A DNA stretch of 64,000 nucleotides from Fimicolochytrium jonesii. Taxonomy: Eukaryota. A program made the position numbers and the translations under genes. Of the stretch, positions 1 through 12,297 are shown one piece after another; position 1 is the first letter of the stretch, and each line of letters begins with the position of its first letter. The notes beneath the pieces were generated by a model. That model ran no database searches. It saw only the letters and a list, made by a program, of their open reading frames with translations, and had not been told where the DNA came from. The stretch covers positions 1,178,001 to 1,242,000 of the forward strand of contig NW_026515671.1 in assembly GCF_025526975.1 (NCBI RefSeq). Reading direction: 5' to 3'.

Positions 1-512
1 GTTGCACGGTCCAGTTGGGGAGCGGTGTGCGATTTCAGGGACCTCATCTTGAAAGGACACGACCTGTTGAACGAGAAGAAGCTCTCGACGCAGGACCGTA
101 TGGAGCGCCTTGCGGAACATCATACCCATCTCAAGGAATCCAACGAGCACCCGAAGGTCTTCATTCCGGGCAAAATCTTCTACGTCTACAAGTCTACCCG
201 CGTATTCTCCTCCACCAGTCGACCACGGAAAGATGGCCAGGCACAACGCGAGATCACGGGCAACCCATTGATTGACGACCCTACGCCCCATTATCTGCTG
301 GAGCGATCGACTAAGGAGTTGTTCTGCAATATACAGTTCAAAACCAACTTCTTGATTCACCATATACCGAACAAATATAATCATTCCTTGAGGATGGTGA
401 GTTCCTACGCGTTGTGAAATCGGTCCTGTTGCTGGCAAGTGTTAACTCAAGTCGTCCGTAGGCTCACAACTATCTCGAGGAAAACGAAGACCTGCACGAG
501 GGAGACCTATGA
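1..512 (+). CDS. 3' end of a class-3 lipase / diacylglycerol-lipase-like protein (5'-truncated by the window)
   Basis: ...PKVFIPGKIFYVYK...FLIHHIPNKY resembles the lipase_3/DAGL C-terminal 'PG.I.H/Y' segment and catalytic-His segment. GTGAGT intron 397-461, then last exon AHNYLEENEDLHEGDL* (TGA 510-512). Confidence 0.55.
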
Positions 513-1264
513 GTCTGGGAGCTCGCTCAGGCCCGTACCTTGGCGTAAACGCATCGCCTTATCGTGGCACTGGCGGCAGTAGTACAGCCGTCGTCGCCCT
601 TGATCTCTCACGGCGTATAGTTCCACCCTCACCTGTATCAAGTGTATGTTGACATTGTCTCCATTCGTTGGCACACCTCCACATAATCCAGACCCTCGTA
701 TATACTTTTTTGTAGTTCCCCTTAATACGTAGATAATATCCTCGACGCTCGTAGTAATAGAAAATGTACATCACTCTCGACTTTCCTTCGAACCTAATCA
801 AAATATCGAATCTGACATCTACACCAAATCAGGAGTTGGAGGGCTTGGTTCCGTGTTGGGGGCACTTGGCCTGCGAGCCGCTGGGCAGTCGGAGCTCAAC
901 CTCAAAAGTCTTATCATGCTGATTATCAGCCCTTGTCCTCCGCCAGTATCCGTCACGCTTTGGAGTTCCGAAAGCTGGATGATACCCGCCATCCACGTTA
1001 AGGGAATCAACTATCCAGCTGAAACGGTCGATAGATGTGCCGCGGCACCGGGTTAGAACAAAGTTCCTTTCAGCGTCAAGGGGCAGTCTTCCAGCTGAAG
1101 ATAGGCCGCAAGGCCAACACCAATTTATTCCCTGAAGCGTTGTCTCAGTCTTCGTGCGGTATTGCAACGGAAGACCGGCTTGCCAGAGTGCGGAAGCTGG
1201 TTACATGTGGAGTGGATCTATCACTGATCTACATATGATCCCAGACAGTCACAGGAAACGAGAT

Positions 1265-1865
1265 CTACTCGTCGGTGCGGACAATCTGGGCGGCGATACG
1301 GTCCAAATCCTTCTGTCCGTCTTGGGAGATACGACGCCCGCTAGAAGGATACTATGATTAGCTCCGAGACGAGGGTACTTTCCTGAGCCAGTACAAAATC
1401 TCTCGCAACTCACCCAGTGGGGTCCTGCTCAAGCACCTTGATCTTCTCGAGAGCCTGCATGACCTTACGGGCAACGGAGCCAGAGGCAATGGCGTGGTGA
1501 TGGGGCCTGTTGCCACGGTTTTGACGGCCACCGTAGTTCTTCTTCAAAGCACCGACACCGACACCACTGCGGAGGTAGATGTGACGGGCGACGGAAGCTG
1601 ATCGTGTGAGAGTGGGTTAGTTCAGACAACAGGCAGTGACCGAACCCCTGCCCGACGAAGCCCTTCCTGTGGGATCACAACACATACCAGCACGGATGTA
1701 GAACCAGTCCTGGTCGTAAGGAGCAAGCTCCTTGTAGGTAGCGGTCTTGACGAGGTCAACCCACTTGGGGACCTCGAGCTTACCGGTACGCTTCAAGTAG
1801 GCAGCGTAAGCCTTGACGAAAGCGTGAGCGCTGACGTCCTTGACGGTGACACCTCCGCTGGACAT
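1265..1865 (-). CDS. RPS19: 40S ribosomal protein eS19, 3 exons
   Basis: [56 protein letters not shown] / [39 protein letters not shown] / [16 protein letters not shown]; two GT-AG introns. Confidence 0.98.
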
Positions 1866-2086
1866 TGTAATATGCGATCCTGTAGCTTGAAGCTGCGAAA
1901 TTGGCGAAGAGGGAGAGAACAAGAAACCGGTCTGGCCTACCATTTTGGAGCAGAGTGCCCAAGCCCTTTGAACGCCACGTCCGCCACACGGACCGCGCTC
2001 GCTTACGGCATCACGAATGTCACTTTCCGAGTCGTTCATTTCGTGAGCCGGCCCTAGCAATTTATCGCAAAAACCAAGTCGCAGCA

Positions 2087-4162
2087 ATGACAGGCGGTCG
2101 GGCAAGATGTGCACGCAACGCCATGTCGCAACGATGGCGCTTGGGCTCCTCGAGGCTACGGACGTCAGCTTGGGAGTCGCTGCTTTCAAGTCACGGTCAA
2201 GCAGCTGGGAAGTGCGCGAAACCCCGCGTCTTCAACAGGGCGTTGGGAACAGGAAATCGGGGGCCCTCAACTCCCTCAGATCGACCCGGTAGTAAGGAGC
2301 CCGATAGGTCGCGGCAACAGCCAATTCGAAAGGACGAGCAATTTTCCGAAGAGCAGATTCGCGCGCTGAGAGAGTGGAGGACGAATGGTGACGGAACGTC
2401 ACCGAGGCCCAGATTCCCAAGCAAGAAAACAACACCGTTCACAGGTCCTCGCAAACCCGCCGTTGAGAAAACGCCGTTCGATAATTTCTTCGTCGCCGAC
2501 TTCGCCGACATCCTTCGATCCTTAAACCTCCCAGGCTCCATCCCATACCTCGATGCGCCAACTACGACGCCATCCCCGTACGCGTATCACGAGGAAGATA
2601 CAGTGACTATTATCGCAACGAGCGATTCCGGACATGGGGCTGCGGTCGGAAAGGATAACTGGATCGTGCTGGTGCATGGTGGGTTGGAGGGAGAACGCGT
2701 TCGGGTGAAGATATATCGAGATGGGGCTGGATTTTCGATGGCGGACCTGTTAGAAGTGCTCGAAACAAGTCCTATACGGGTGGAACCACGATGCAAACAC
2801 TTCAAGGAATGTTCGGTGTGCACCTTTCAGCATGTGACCTACGAAGAACAATTGCGGCGGAAGCATGGAGTGGTGAAGCGGGCATTCGATTCCCTGTGGA
2901 AGCCGCCGACCATCATCGACGCCGACGGGAATGCAAAGCCAGTCGACACAGACGCGCCTGTGAAGGTTGTTAAAGTGCAGGACGTGATACCTTCGCCTTT
3001 GCAGTATGGTTACAGGACGAAGATGACTCCGCACTACCCTCGACGAGCCGCATATCAGCCACTCGAGAAAATCGGCTTCAACGGACGGGGGAGTAAATCC
3101 GTTGTTGACATTGAGGAGTGTCCGATCGTGACGAAGGAGATCGAGGATGACTTCAAGGCTCTAAGACGAGAGCTGATCGGTTCCACCAGCCCAGGGTTTG
3201 CCAACGGCTCAACCTTATCGTTCAGGCATTCTCTGGTACTACCTAAACTCCACCCTGTGCAGCAGTATTCGGGAGACCGTCGGCGCCCCTTGGCACCACT
3301 ATCCGATCCCATACCGTGGCCTACACCAGCATTATCCGCACAATCGGTCCGGCACTCGAAACTGCCAGTGGTAGATTGTGTCAACAACGTCAAGTTTACC
3401 TTCCCAGCGCACAGCTTTTTCCAAAACAATTCCTCCATATTACCGGAAATGACGACGTACATTCGCAAATGCCTGCGCGATACGATATCCGCTTTCGGCG
3501 TGAATGTGCTCGTGGACGCATATTGCGGATCGGGGCTGTTTGCGCTCTCCTGCGCCCCCGATTTCGAGAAGGTCGTTGGCATCGAGATCGACAGCAAAGC
3601 TCTCGACGCAGCATCAAAAAATGCGCTGAACAACAGCATCGGAAATGCGATATTCATCAAGGGGTCAGCCGAACGCATCTACGATGAAGCATTTGAACCG
3701 GAAGCACAGTTCGGTCGTACTCTTGGATCACGGTCACGAGATGGTTCGCCGAAGCTACGACGGGATCCAAGTCACACAGCCGTCATCATGGACCCACCAT
3801 CCAAAGGCGCCGGGGAGGACTTCATGCAGCAGTTGAGGCAATTCAACCCGAAAGTGATCGTCTATGTCAGTTGCAATGTGCACTCGCAAACGAGAGACTT
3901 GGCTTCGCTTTTAAGAAGAGTTAACGCGCAAGTCAAGCCGAAACAGCCTTCGTCGCTGCGGAAATCTTCCACCGATTCTCAAACGTTACGGATCGGTGGG
4001 AAAGTGATCCGATTGAACGAGCTCCACCAGCCCGCGGGGCATTTGAGAAGCATCATACGATCCGAACCGAAATTGTACGATATTATACATGTGCAGCCTT
4101 TCGACATGTTCCCGCAAACGGCGCAAGTGGAGAACATCGCTATACTAGTGCGCCGCGACTGA
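2087..4162 (+). CDS. TRM2: RNA (uracil-C5)-methyltransferase, Trm2/RlmD (TrmA) family, intronless
   Basis: TRAM-like region ([12 protein letters not shown]), [10 protein letters not shown]...ECP cysteines, [20 protein letters not shown] (SAM motif), DPPSKG, VYVSCN (catalytic Cys), DMFPQT. Start taken at ATG 2087 because the ORF-track start is a TTG; N-terminus is Arg-rich. Confidence 0.88.
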   Translation: MTGGRARCARNAMSQRWRLGSSRLRTSAWESLLSSHGQAAGKCAKPRVFNRALGTGNRGPSTPSDRPGSKEPDRSRQQPIRKDEQFSEEQIRALREWRTNGDGTSPRPRFPSKKTTPFTGPRKPAVEKTPFDNFFVADFADILRSLNLPGSIPYLDAPTTTPSPYAYHEEDTVTIIATSDSGHGAAVGKDNWIVLVHGGLEGERVRVKIYRDGAGFSMADLLEVLETSPIRVEPRCKHFKECSVCTFQHVTYEEQLRRKHGVVKRAFDSLWKPPTIIDADGNAKPVDTDAPVKVVKVQDVIPSPLQYGYRTKMTPHYPRRAAYQPLEKIGFNGRGSKSVVDIEECPIVTKEIEDDFKALRRELIGSTSPGFANGSTLSFRHSLVLPKLHPVQQYSGDRRRPLAPLSDPIPWPTPALSAQSVRHSKLPVVDCVNNVKFTFPAHSFFQNNSSILPEMTTYIRKCLRDTISAFGVNVLVDAYCGSGLFALSCAPDFEKVVGIEIDSKALDAASKNALNNSIGNAIFIKGSAERIYDEAFEPEAQFGRTLGSRSRDGSPKLRRDPSHTAVIMDPPSKGAGEDFMQQLRQFNPKVIVYVSCNVHSQTRDLASLLRRVNAQVKPKQPSSLRKSSTDSQTLRIGGKVIRLNELHQPAGHLRSIIRSEPKLYDIIHVQPFDMFPQTAQVENIAILVRRD

Positions 4163-4427
4163 GCACAAGCTGGGAGTGTATGTATACTTTTGGATTAGAA
4201 GGCGTATTTGTTGTTCCCAGGATAGACATCATAGAGGCCACGTTGTATGCTAGACGTTCAGGCGCGGGATGCCTAGCCTCGAAGAAACACTTTTGTCTGC
4301 TCCCGGCTGCGATACTCCGTTTTCGAAAAGCGTTCATTATCCATATAGAAATTCACATATGATCTACAACACAAAGTACGGCTGAGGACCAGGGTAGGGT
4401 GCCCCTCACGGTCCCATGATACTAAAC

Positions 4428-5648
4428 CTAGTCCTCTTTCGTGACTGGGACACCGGCACGGGGTGTTTCCCCAGCAGCGACCTTCTTGTTGGCCTGCTTT
4501 GCCTTCCAGGTCTCGAAAGCCTGGTCGGTACCAAATAACCAGTCCCAGTACCGGAACGATGAAGAGTAATTGCCTACGAACGCCATGTGGTGGTAGTCGT
4601 GGAATTCGGCGCCGCCCCAGAATGGGATGAACTTGTGGAATGACTAAAATGTTGCAGTCGATGAGCACTGGCACTTGCAAGTCTGTAGCTGACAGCACCC
4701 CCCGAACGTACCCATGGAAAATCATATCCGGCATGCACATCCACCGTCTCGACTAATCTCAGCGCTAGCCATGCAAACATGGTGATAACGTGCATGTCCA
4801 CGCCCATCAACAACAGCAACACCGGCCCAATGAAGAAACCTTGTCCCAGAACCAGCACCTCAATAGGGTGGGCGTGCTCGGCGGCAATACCGAAGGGTGC
4901 TGAAAATTCGTGGTGGACTTTATGGACGTGCTTGTAGAGGGCGGGGTGGTGACCAAGACGGTGGACGAAGTAGTGGTATGTATCCTCCATGACGAGGCAG
5001 AAGAGGCAGGAGAGAGCGATGGTCGTCCTGTTACGGAGAGATGTCAAAATTACACCTCGAATGTAGTAAGAGGGTGGAAAATCCGGCTTACCATGAAGGA
5101 AACGGGACCTCCAAGAACTTCATGCCTAGCCATGTTGCCGAACGGTGGAAAAGCAGGAGCAGCGGCCCTTGCACAAAGAGCTGAGATTTGATCACGCTTA
5201 TCACACATTTACGGTACATCTCTGGTGTATTCGGTTTGGCCTGGAAATGTTCGAGAGCGTCAAACAGCTATGGCCTGGGCGGCGTTCGAAGTGCAATACT
5301 CGTTCGCGAGGCTTACATCCTGGATCTTATATTTCTGGAAGTATGGAATCTGATCCATGATGTAGTAGGGCAAAAACCTGCCGAAGAATACAAATTCGTG
5401 CCATAGGAGGAGTGCGAGGGCAAGTTTCATCCCTGCGTACTCGGTGTTGTCGAACGTCTCCAGCCACTTCCGCTCAAGGTAGTTGGGCATGTAGGGCGGT
5501 GGTACACCGCTATATACGAAAAAGTGCGACCGTTAGCCACTTTCCGAAACCGAACCGACCAAAACGGCGTCGATGCTGGTGCAGATGCTTTGCCTTACCT
5601 TGTGGCATTCAGAGCCGGCGCCACGGCGCCTTCGAAATCAAATGACAT
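4428..5648 (-). CDS. ERG25: C-4 methylsterol oxidase (sterol desaturase / fatty acid hydroxylase family), multi-exon
   Basis: His boxes [75 protein letters not shown]. Confidence 0.93.
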
Positions 5649-6084
5649 GGCGCTCACGTATCTAGTTGCGGGACTTAACTATATTCTATGGACGCCTTAC
5701 GGTAGGATGGAGATGGACCTTTCAAGTGCACACAGAAACACAGTGGGGAAAGGAGACGGGAGGACGATATATATACCAAGGCTACCTCCAACTTTGTACA
5801 GCAAAAGGCAGGTTTGCGGTGGCCGCCGGTAACGCCGTTTTTACTTACGGAGGTTTATGGGTCGGATCACTCGGATTAACAACTCACTTTGTGCATGGCG
5901 CACAACATGTGCTAAGCCAACTCAAAGCAAGGGACATCTGATATCGCGATTCCATACCATCCGTCTCCTATAAGAAATCGGGCGTGAAAACTGACAGGCG
6001 ATGCTTCTTCCTGAACGCGTCAGACCGGTGGCCTGATGAGCTGATGCGCCCATTGCAAACGCGTGCGTGTCCGAGCAAAGCCAC

Positions 6085-6096
6085 GCTGAGTCAGCA
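6085..6096. promoter_or_regulatory. AP-1/MARE-like bZIP site in the ERG25-APD1 divergent promoter
   Basis: GCTGAGTCAGCA, a TGAGTCA core with GC flanks. Confidence 0.3.
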
Positions 6097-6385
6097 TCAG
6101 TCAGAGTGAGCCACCCCAAATCCGATTGGACCGACGATCCGGATTCCGGGAACGCCAACCCCACAAATTTCATCGCGTCCGCCGTTCTCTTGTTCCATTT
6201 CGACCATCCGTTTCGCAAGTAGGAACTCCGAGTCCGGTTGCAGTGCGTTGAACCGGCAATGAACATACCAAATAGAACGTCTGTCCCCCGACTGGCAGGT
6301 ATATAAGTAGCACTTTCCTTCTCCTTGCCGCTCCTCTCCCCAAGACAGCTTCGGCAAAGCAAGCACGAAACTTTTGACAAAAGCC

Positions 6386-7365
6386 ATGGCCAGCCTTTTC
6401 AAGAAAATCCTCGGCGTCGGCGAAGTCAACCCATTTCCCGCCGACGTACCTTTCACAGATGCTGACCCGTGCGCAGGTTGCGCAACGCCATGCACCACCC
6501 ACGAGCAGATCCCGGGCTACCTGCAGAAGAAAATCGAACCAGGACCTCTTGTGGGAACCATGAAGCCCTATAAACGTCACATCATGGTCGTCGAGGGAAC
6601 GAGCAGAACATGGAGGGAGAGGATAGAGGAAGGCGACGAGGAGAAGGTCACGAACGCCGTCTCGAAAGCGGTTGAGATCGCAGAGCTGGGATATAGGACG
6701 ATTGTGACGGCGTGCGATCCCATGCCGGAGGAGAGTGATGCTGCCGCTTCAGCAGGAACGGAAGGACATGCCGTGTGGCTGTTCCCCGACCTTCTTTCCA
6801 TCCCGTCCGTGGATGCAGCATCAGCTACTGGCGCTATTGACACCTTGCTGGCCATGAAGGACGCGCCTGTGCCGTCCGTGGATCCCTCGGCGAACAGCAT
6901 CGACGCCGTAACAACATCGAGCAACCCATTGACACCCGTTCCCTTGGAAGGGCGAGCGTGGATTTTCGTATGTACGCACAAGAAAAGGGACAAGCGATGT
7001 GGAGTGGCTGGACCACTGCTCGTCAACGAGTTTAGGAGGGCTCTCAAGGAGATGAACATTGATGATGTGCATGTCTTCGGTTGCTCTCATTTTGGAGGTA
7101 AGTCACCGGTTTGCCCTGGGGCCATATCCTTGGGAGGGGAGTTTTGATCGTCGTGTTTCCTCCAGGTCACAAATATGCAGGCAATGTCATCATTTACCAC
7201 CGCAACCCAGCGGTGGATGGAAATTGGTACGGACGTGTAACTGCGTGCCATGTGCGACCCATCTTGCAGACGACCATCCTGGATGGTCAGATTTTCAAGG
7301 AGCTGTGGCGAGGGGCAATGCAGAAATCGGCAGACATCGTAGCGAAGCGCGGGAAAGAGTGGTAG
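6386..7365 (+). CDS. APD1: Sucrase/ferredoxin-like (Apd1/Aim32 family) thioredoxin-like 2Fe-2S protein, 2 exons
   Basis: VCTHKKRDKRCG (C-x8-C) and spliced SHFGG|HKYAGN (HxGGH); WYGRV; intron from GTAAGT at about 7098 to CAG at about 7166. Confidence 0.88.
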
Positions 7366-7579
7366 GAGGTCATGAATGCCGCAAAGTACACGGAAAAGGA
7401 CGGAGAAAGCCATAGATACACCTCCGAAAATCGTATTTACTCCAACGGGGACGTTTGTATACACCAGAATAGGATAGCCACCTCCCAATACTTGTAAATA
7501 CATACACTAGCATCATACGCATAATGAACGGGACACGCAGGATCGAATAGATAGTCAAAAAGATATTTGGAGGGCGAGC

Positions 7580-10119
7580 TCAATCATACGATATCTCAGG
7601 GCGAGGTGGTAATGCATGCCTAGGCCCTTGGAGTTCCGGAGATTGGCCTTCATGGTGAGGTGGTCTTCGCGATGGGCCAGCACTGATCGGTCCTCCTCTG
7701 TCGTCTCTGTGTCGGGGATGTGATGGCTTGCCCCTGTCTCTGCCATCCCGATCACGGTCTCGGTCGTGGTTCCAATCCCTATCGCTATCCCTATCTCTAT
7801 GCCGATCCCATTCTCTATCCTTGTCCCTCTCCCTGTCCCGGTCGCGATCCCCATCCCAATGACCACCCCTCTCATGCTTCCGTCCCCGCTCTCTTTCATT
7901 ATCCCGATGGTGATGCGAATCATACGCTGAATCATTGCGCCCCGTTTCATCGCGCTCGCGGTCACCACCGCCACCTCCGCTGCCTCTCCCATCTGTCCGT
8001 TTTCGATGGCCAAGTGGTTGTGGTTGGTACCAATCCCCTACGCCCGGACGCGCGGATGGTTTTCGTTCACTGTAACGCCTAGTCCCGTCCCCTTTCGGCC
8101 GTGGTGGAAGTGGTGGTGATGATGCCACAGAGCGTTTCCGGTCGCGTTCCAAGTCCCCTTCATGGTCGCCGCTTTCCCGGCGCCTTTTCAGCCCTCCGTC
8201 TGCGACGGGCAACGCACGTCGAGGTGTTGGAACTCCGTCGACGATGAGGGCGTCCGCGTGAGGTGGAAGCCGCAGTTCGAACGGTGGTGGTGAGGCCTGG
8301 CCGAGGCTTTCTGCCATTTCGTGGGCTCTTTCCTGCTCTCCATTTATTCGGTCCTGAATGGCCATTTCATGGGATTCCGGCCAGCCTGGGAAGCTATTGT
8401 GAAAGATGCGACAAGGAAATGATTAGCATGTGACGTTAATTGCACCTCGAAACACTTTAATGGCCCTCACTCTGCTGTGCCGGGTTTGGCGGTCGCTGGC
8501 TCGATCAGGAAATATTCGTGTTGCAAGGCTTCTTCCGCGGTTGGCCGTTTTGCGGGATTCAACGTCAGTAGAAAATCTAGGAAATTGATGGTGTGGACAT
8601 CGAGACTGAGCCCCGGTTAGTATGCTTGTGTTTGCTGTGTATCTCCACCACACACGCCTACCCGTTGCTGTCCGTTTACTCACTCACCGTTCTTGACTAT
8701 ATATATATCGCACCTTTCTGGTTTCCTGCTTCAGAACCAGTTTTTGCCGCTGTGCGATATTTTGGAGCTCAGGCCAGTCTTTCGTCGTCGGTGTTCCACA
8801 TAACGTGAATATCTTATCTATAGCGATCGTTTCATTTTTCGCTTGGAAGACCGGTGTCCGATCCCACATTTCCGCGAAGATGCATGCAAATCCCCACATG
8901 TCCACCGCGGTGTTATACTTCCTCTCCTCAAAGAGAATCTCAGGAGGTCTGTACCACAATGTCACCACCGTTGGTGTCAAGGTGGTCATTACATTGGCTG
9001 ATGTCACATGCCGACGAGCGAGGCCAAAATCGCCAATCTTGAGGTTTCCCTTGTCATCGATAAGAATGTTGGCACTTTTCAGATCCCGGTGTAACAGTCT
9101 ATTCTGAAAGCAATCATGGATTAAGTTTAGCAGCATCCTCAACATTAGCGGCATGCGCGTTCGATCATTGACTTCGAACCTTGTGCAAATAACTAAGTCC
9201 CTCGAGCGTTTGATGCGCAAAAGATTTGATCTGCGCTGGCTCCAGAGTGACTTGGGCATTCTTCAAGAGCCCGTACAGATCGTGGGACATGTATGGAAAA
9301 ATCAAGTATATCGTTGCGGGTTCGTACTCTTCTTCGTCGCCTGATGGAACGCCATCAGATTATTCAAATTCGTCAAGATTCCCAACGCGTCCAGATATCT
9401 ACCTCTGCTGAAGGCCAGTGCATCAAGACTTATGATGTTCCTATGTTTCAAGGCCTTCAAAATGATGATCTCTCGAATGGAAGTGATGGGCAACTGGGGC
9501 GACGAATGTTCAGAATCATACGTATTCTGGAAAATTCCGCATTATAAAGGGTCCATACCCCTTCTTTGTGCTTATGTACAATGATTCGTTTAAGCGCCAC
9601 TTTTTGCTGTGTTTGCTTGTGAGTAGCGAGAGTCACTTCCCTTTTAATGATCAAAGAATGGAATTAGACCTACGTCAAGAAATGATGAGACACGACACAC
9701 ATCCCATACCCGAAAGTGCCCTGCCCGACCTTTACGTTCTTCTCATATTCTTGGATGTCTTGAACCGCTCGATACAATCCGGCTGTATCTTCCAGGAGCG
9801 GTTCCGCATCTATATCTTCGTCGTGCACATCGTCGTGAGGAGGGGTCCCGAAGATGTCGGGTGTTGGCGGGCTACGGGAGCCCAAGCGCCATGACGTATT
9901 CAAAAGGGGCGTAGAGAATCCGGGGTAAGTAACGTCCAGTTTTTCCTCGGTGACTTCTCCTTCTTCCGGCTCTTCTTCTTCCTTCTTCATCACCGCGGGC
10001 GACGCAACCACTGGTTCGTCAGAAACTCCTATGATGGCACGTGGCTGCATAAGCACATCTTGCGTGGCGGCGATATTTTCGCGGGGTTGTCTCCCGACAT
10101 CCTCAGGAGAGGCATCCAT
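7580..10119 (-). CDS. BUR1: Transcriptional cyclin-dependent kinase, Bur1/CDK9-like, with an RD-rich C-terminal tail
   Basis: GQGTFG, VALKRI, PITSIREI (PITALRE/PITAQRE class), HRDLKSAN, DFGLAR, VVTLWYRPPE, DMWGFACIFAEM, LTLNPAKRPTAEEALQHEYF; long (DR/ER)n tail. Confidence 0.85.
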
Positions 10120-10382
10120 CCGAGCTATCCGTGCCGTATATGTAGTATGTTTCCCGTGTTAGTGACGCAGTCCCAGTCCAAGTGAGGACTAGACTGCTAA
10201 AATGGTTGGGATGAGCTCCGCGATGAGTTGGGAACTTTTTGACGCTGTGCAAAGGACGCGACTTTTCCGTTCTCGTCTTCTCAGCTCCTTCATTCGCCTG
10301 CAGCTTTGTCTTTTCCGCTCCGCTGTATCAACCTCGTAACGGTTCATACCACAGCCTTTCTGTTCCTCAGTGGTTACTCAGC

Positions 10383-10817
10383 ATGTTTCGTGCAGGGCCA
10401 AACGTTGCCTCGAGAGGGACTCCCGCGAAGTCCTCTCGTAAATGCTCCCCTCCCTCACCTCTATCGACGGACGCTTCCCGACAGCGACCAACGGCATCTT
10501 CCCCAACATCGAGCCGAAAGCAACAGGGTGACTCACGGCGGAGTTTCACAACAGCATCGCCGGCCGCCAGCTTCACGTCGCCACGTACGCCCCGTCCCAG
10601 CAAGACGTCGTCGAGGGCAGCAGCACCACCTCAAAGCCCTCCGAATACTTCCTCATCAAGCACTCCAACGACCCCAGCGCCATCAATATCGTGCGCAATG
10701 AGAGTGTGCACGAAGTCCTCGGAAGTCCCGGAAGTGCTTGCACGGACGTTCACGACACGGGCATTGCAAATTGAGGGGATTTTGGGAGGGTCTATTTTTG
10801 ATGACGAGGATATGTGA
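10383..10817 (+). CDS. Hypothetical S/T/P/R-rich protein (about 144 aa)
   Basis: ATG 10383 to TGA 10817, divergent from the CDK gene; MFRAGPNVASRG... with acidic end FDDEDM; no recognisable domain. Confidence 0.4.
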   Translation: MFRAGPNVASRGTPAKSSRKCSPPSPLSTDASRQRPTASSPTSSRKQQGDSRRSFTTASPAASFTSPRTPRPSKTSSRAAAPPQSPPNTSSSSTPTTPAPSISCAMRVCTKSSEVPEVLARTFTTRALQIEGILGGSIFDDEDM

Positions 10818-11294
10818 GCGGGATGCATGGGGCCAGCAGAATCGAACTCGGCAAGTGCTGACGGTGCTTCACAACCTGCATCTGGGGACGATTGAACCCT
10901 TAAGCGCTGAGGTGGACTCGCTTAGTTGCGTAGAAGATGCATAGATGGGATGACCTGTACAATATTTGGCAAATGGGGTACGAACCTCGCCCTTCACGGA
11001 GAATGAGTCGTATAGTTGCCATGCAAAGTGACAGGCCGTTCGGAGGGGAACCTTTGAGATGGCTGAGGCCGATCGCCCCTACCGTTCCGACATATATAGA
11101 TCAGACGAGGAGGCATATCCATATTGGAATTCATGAACGCCACACCAATAGAACACCGATACGGGGACACTGTTCAGCGTTGGTTGACTTCCCTTCCCAT
11201 GTGTTCTCTCCATCTTTGGCACCCCGATCGAACTCCCACGCATGTAGACCTCCCAAATTTGTCGTAGCTTGTCGCACATGATTCGGACACGACA

Positions 11295-11366
11295 TCCTTC
11301 GTGGTCCAGTGGTCAGGATCTCACGCTCTCACCGTGATGGCCAGGGTTCGATTCCCTGCGGGGGAA
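11295..11366 (+). tRNA. tRNA-Glu(CTC), intronless, 72 nt
   Basis: Acceptor TCCTTCG/CGGGGGA+A; D-arm GTCC-AGTGGTCA-GGAT; anticodon arm TCACG-CTCTCAC-CGTGA; T-arm CAGGG-TTCGATT-CCCTG. Confidence 0.96.
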
Positions 11367-12297
11367 TTTAGCATTGCCGGGCAGTCTACAGTGGTTTGGC
11401 TGCGGCTGAGTTTGGCCCGTTCCTCTCCTGCCTTGCATGACGACAGTTTTGAGGACATGGCGCCTTCCACGATACGAAATTTTTACTCTTCTCAGACCCG
11501 CATAGTTCCCATTATCGAACGGAATACGTGCTCGCTTTATAGACGCTTCAAGATGGGCGAAGGGAAGCGTTCTCATCAATGAATGCGCCCCATAATGCTA
11601 TGCCCTCCCGGTCGGCGTTGCGTCGCTTTTTCTTGACGCTTGCGAAGACGCGCCCAGATCTAGTAAGCATCGCCACATTTTGACAGGTTGTCAGTCAACG
11701 GGGGTCCTTGTTTCACAGCACGGCTGGGACCCCTTTTCCCACTCAAAGACCTTGCTTTCCCTCTGCCAAGACGAAACTGCGTATGGGCGTGACCAAAACC
11801 CCTACTCACACGACTCAAGACACAACAGGATAAGAACCAGGAACCCGCACGTCGACGTCAACAAGCGATTCGTGTCCCATGTGCTTGTCCATGTGCACTC
11901 AGGGATAAACAGATTAACCCCATTGACACAATATACGGACGTCAAAGCACATTGCGATTTTCTTATACCTGTTAAGCTTCAGTTCCCCACTTGAGACGTT
12001 TTGACGACGATCATTCATCGTACTGCTGACCAGAACCAGCTGGCCCGACAACCTGTACTGTGCTCTAAAATAGGAACATCGACGCCAGGCCACATCGCGC
12101 TAGAACCAGGAAATAGAGATCGCCCATCCGCATATAGAACCGGGGCACGCTGCTTCCGTTGCCGCCTGCAAATCTTTTTGTTTAAACGCAAACCTATAAG
12201 ATCCAAGCCCGTCGTTCCGATTCCGCCAAATCTCAAGCCCTTTCACCGCCATCTAAATCGTCACACACAATCAATCAACCAGCCTTCTCGTAACAAG

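Noticed and set aside
1901..2086. N-terminal extension of the 753-aa ORF
   Set aside because: Begins at TTG within the RPS19/TRM2 shared promoter; ATG 2087 is the plausible start.
6033..6060. Hammerhead-like CTGATGA core (also CTGAAGA near 1095)
   Set aside because: No GAAA after a stem II, and no stems I and III.
7700..7960. Repetitive DNA in the CDK 3' exon (also NST1 about 17280-17780)
   Set aside because: Low-complexity coding sequence (RD and E/K/R repeats), not a CRISPR array or mobile repeat.
10442..10773. Alternative frame interrupted by one TGA (readthrough, selenocysteine or antizyme-type frameshift)
   Set aside because: No antizyme or selenoprotein motifs, no TGA-CTA context and no SECIS seen.
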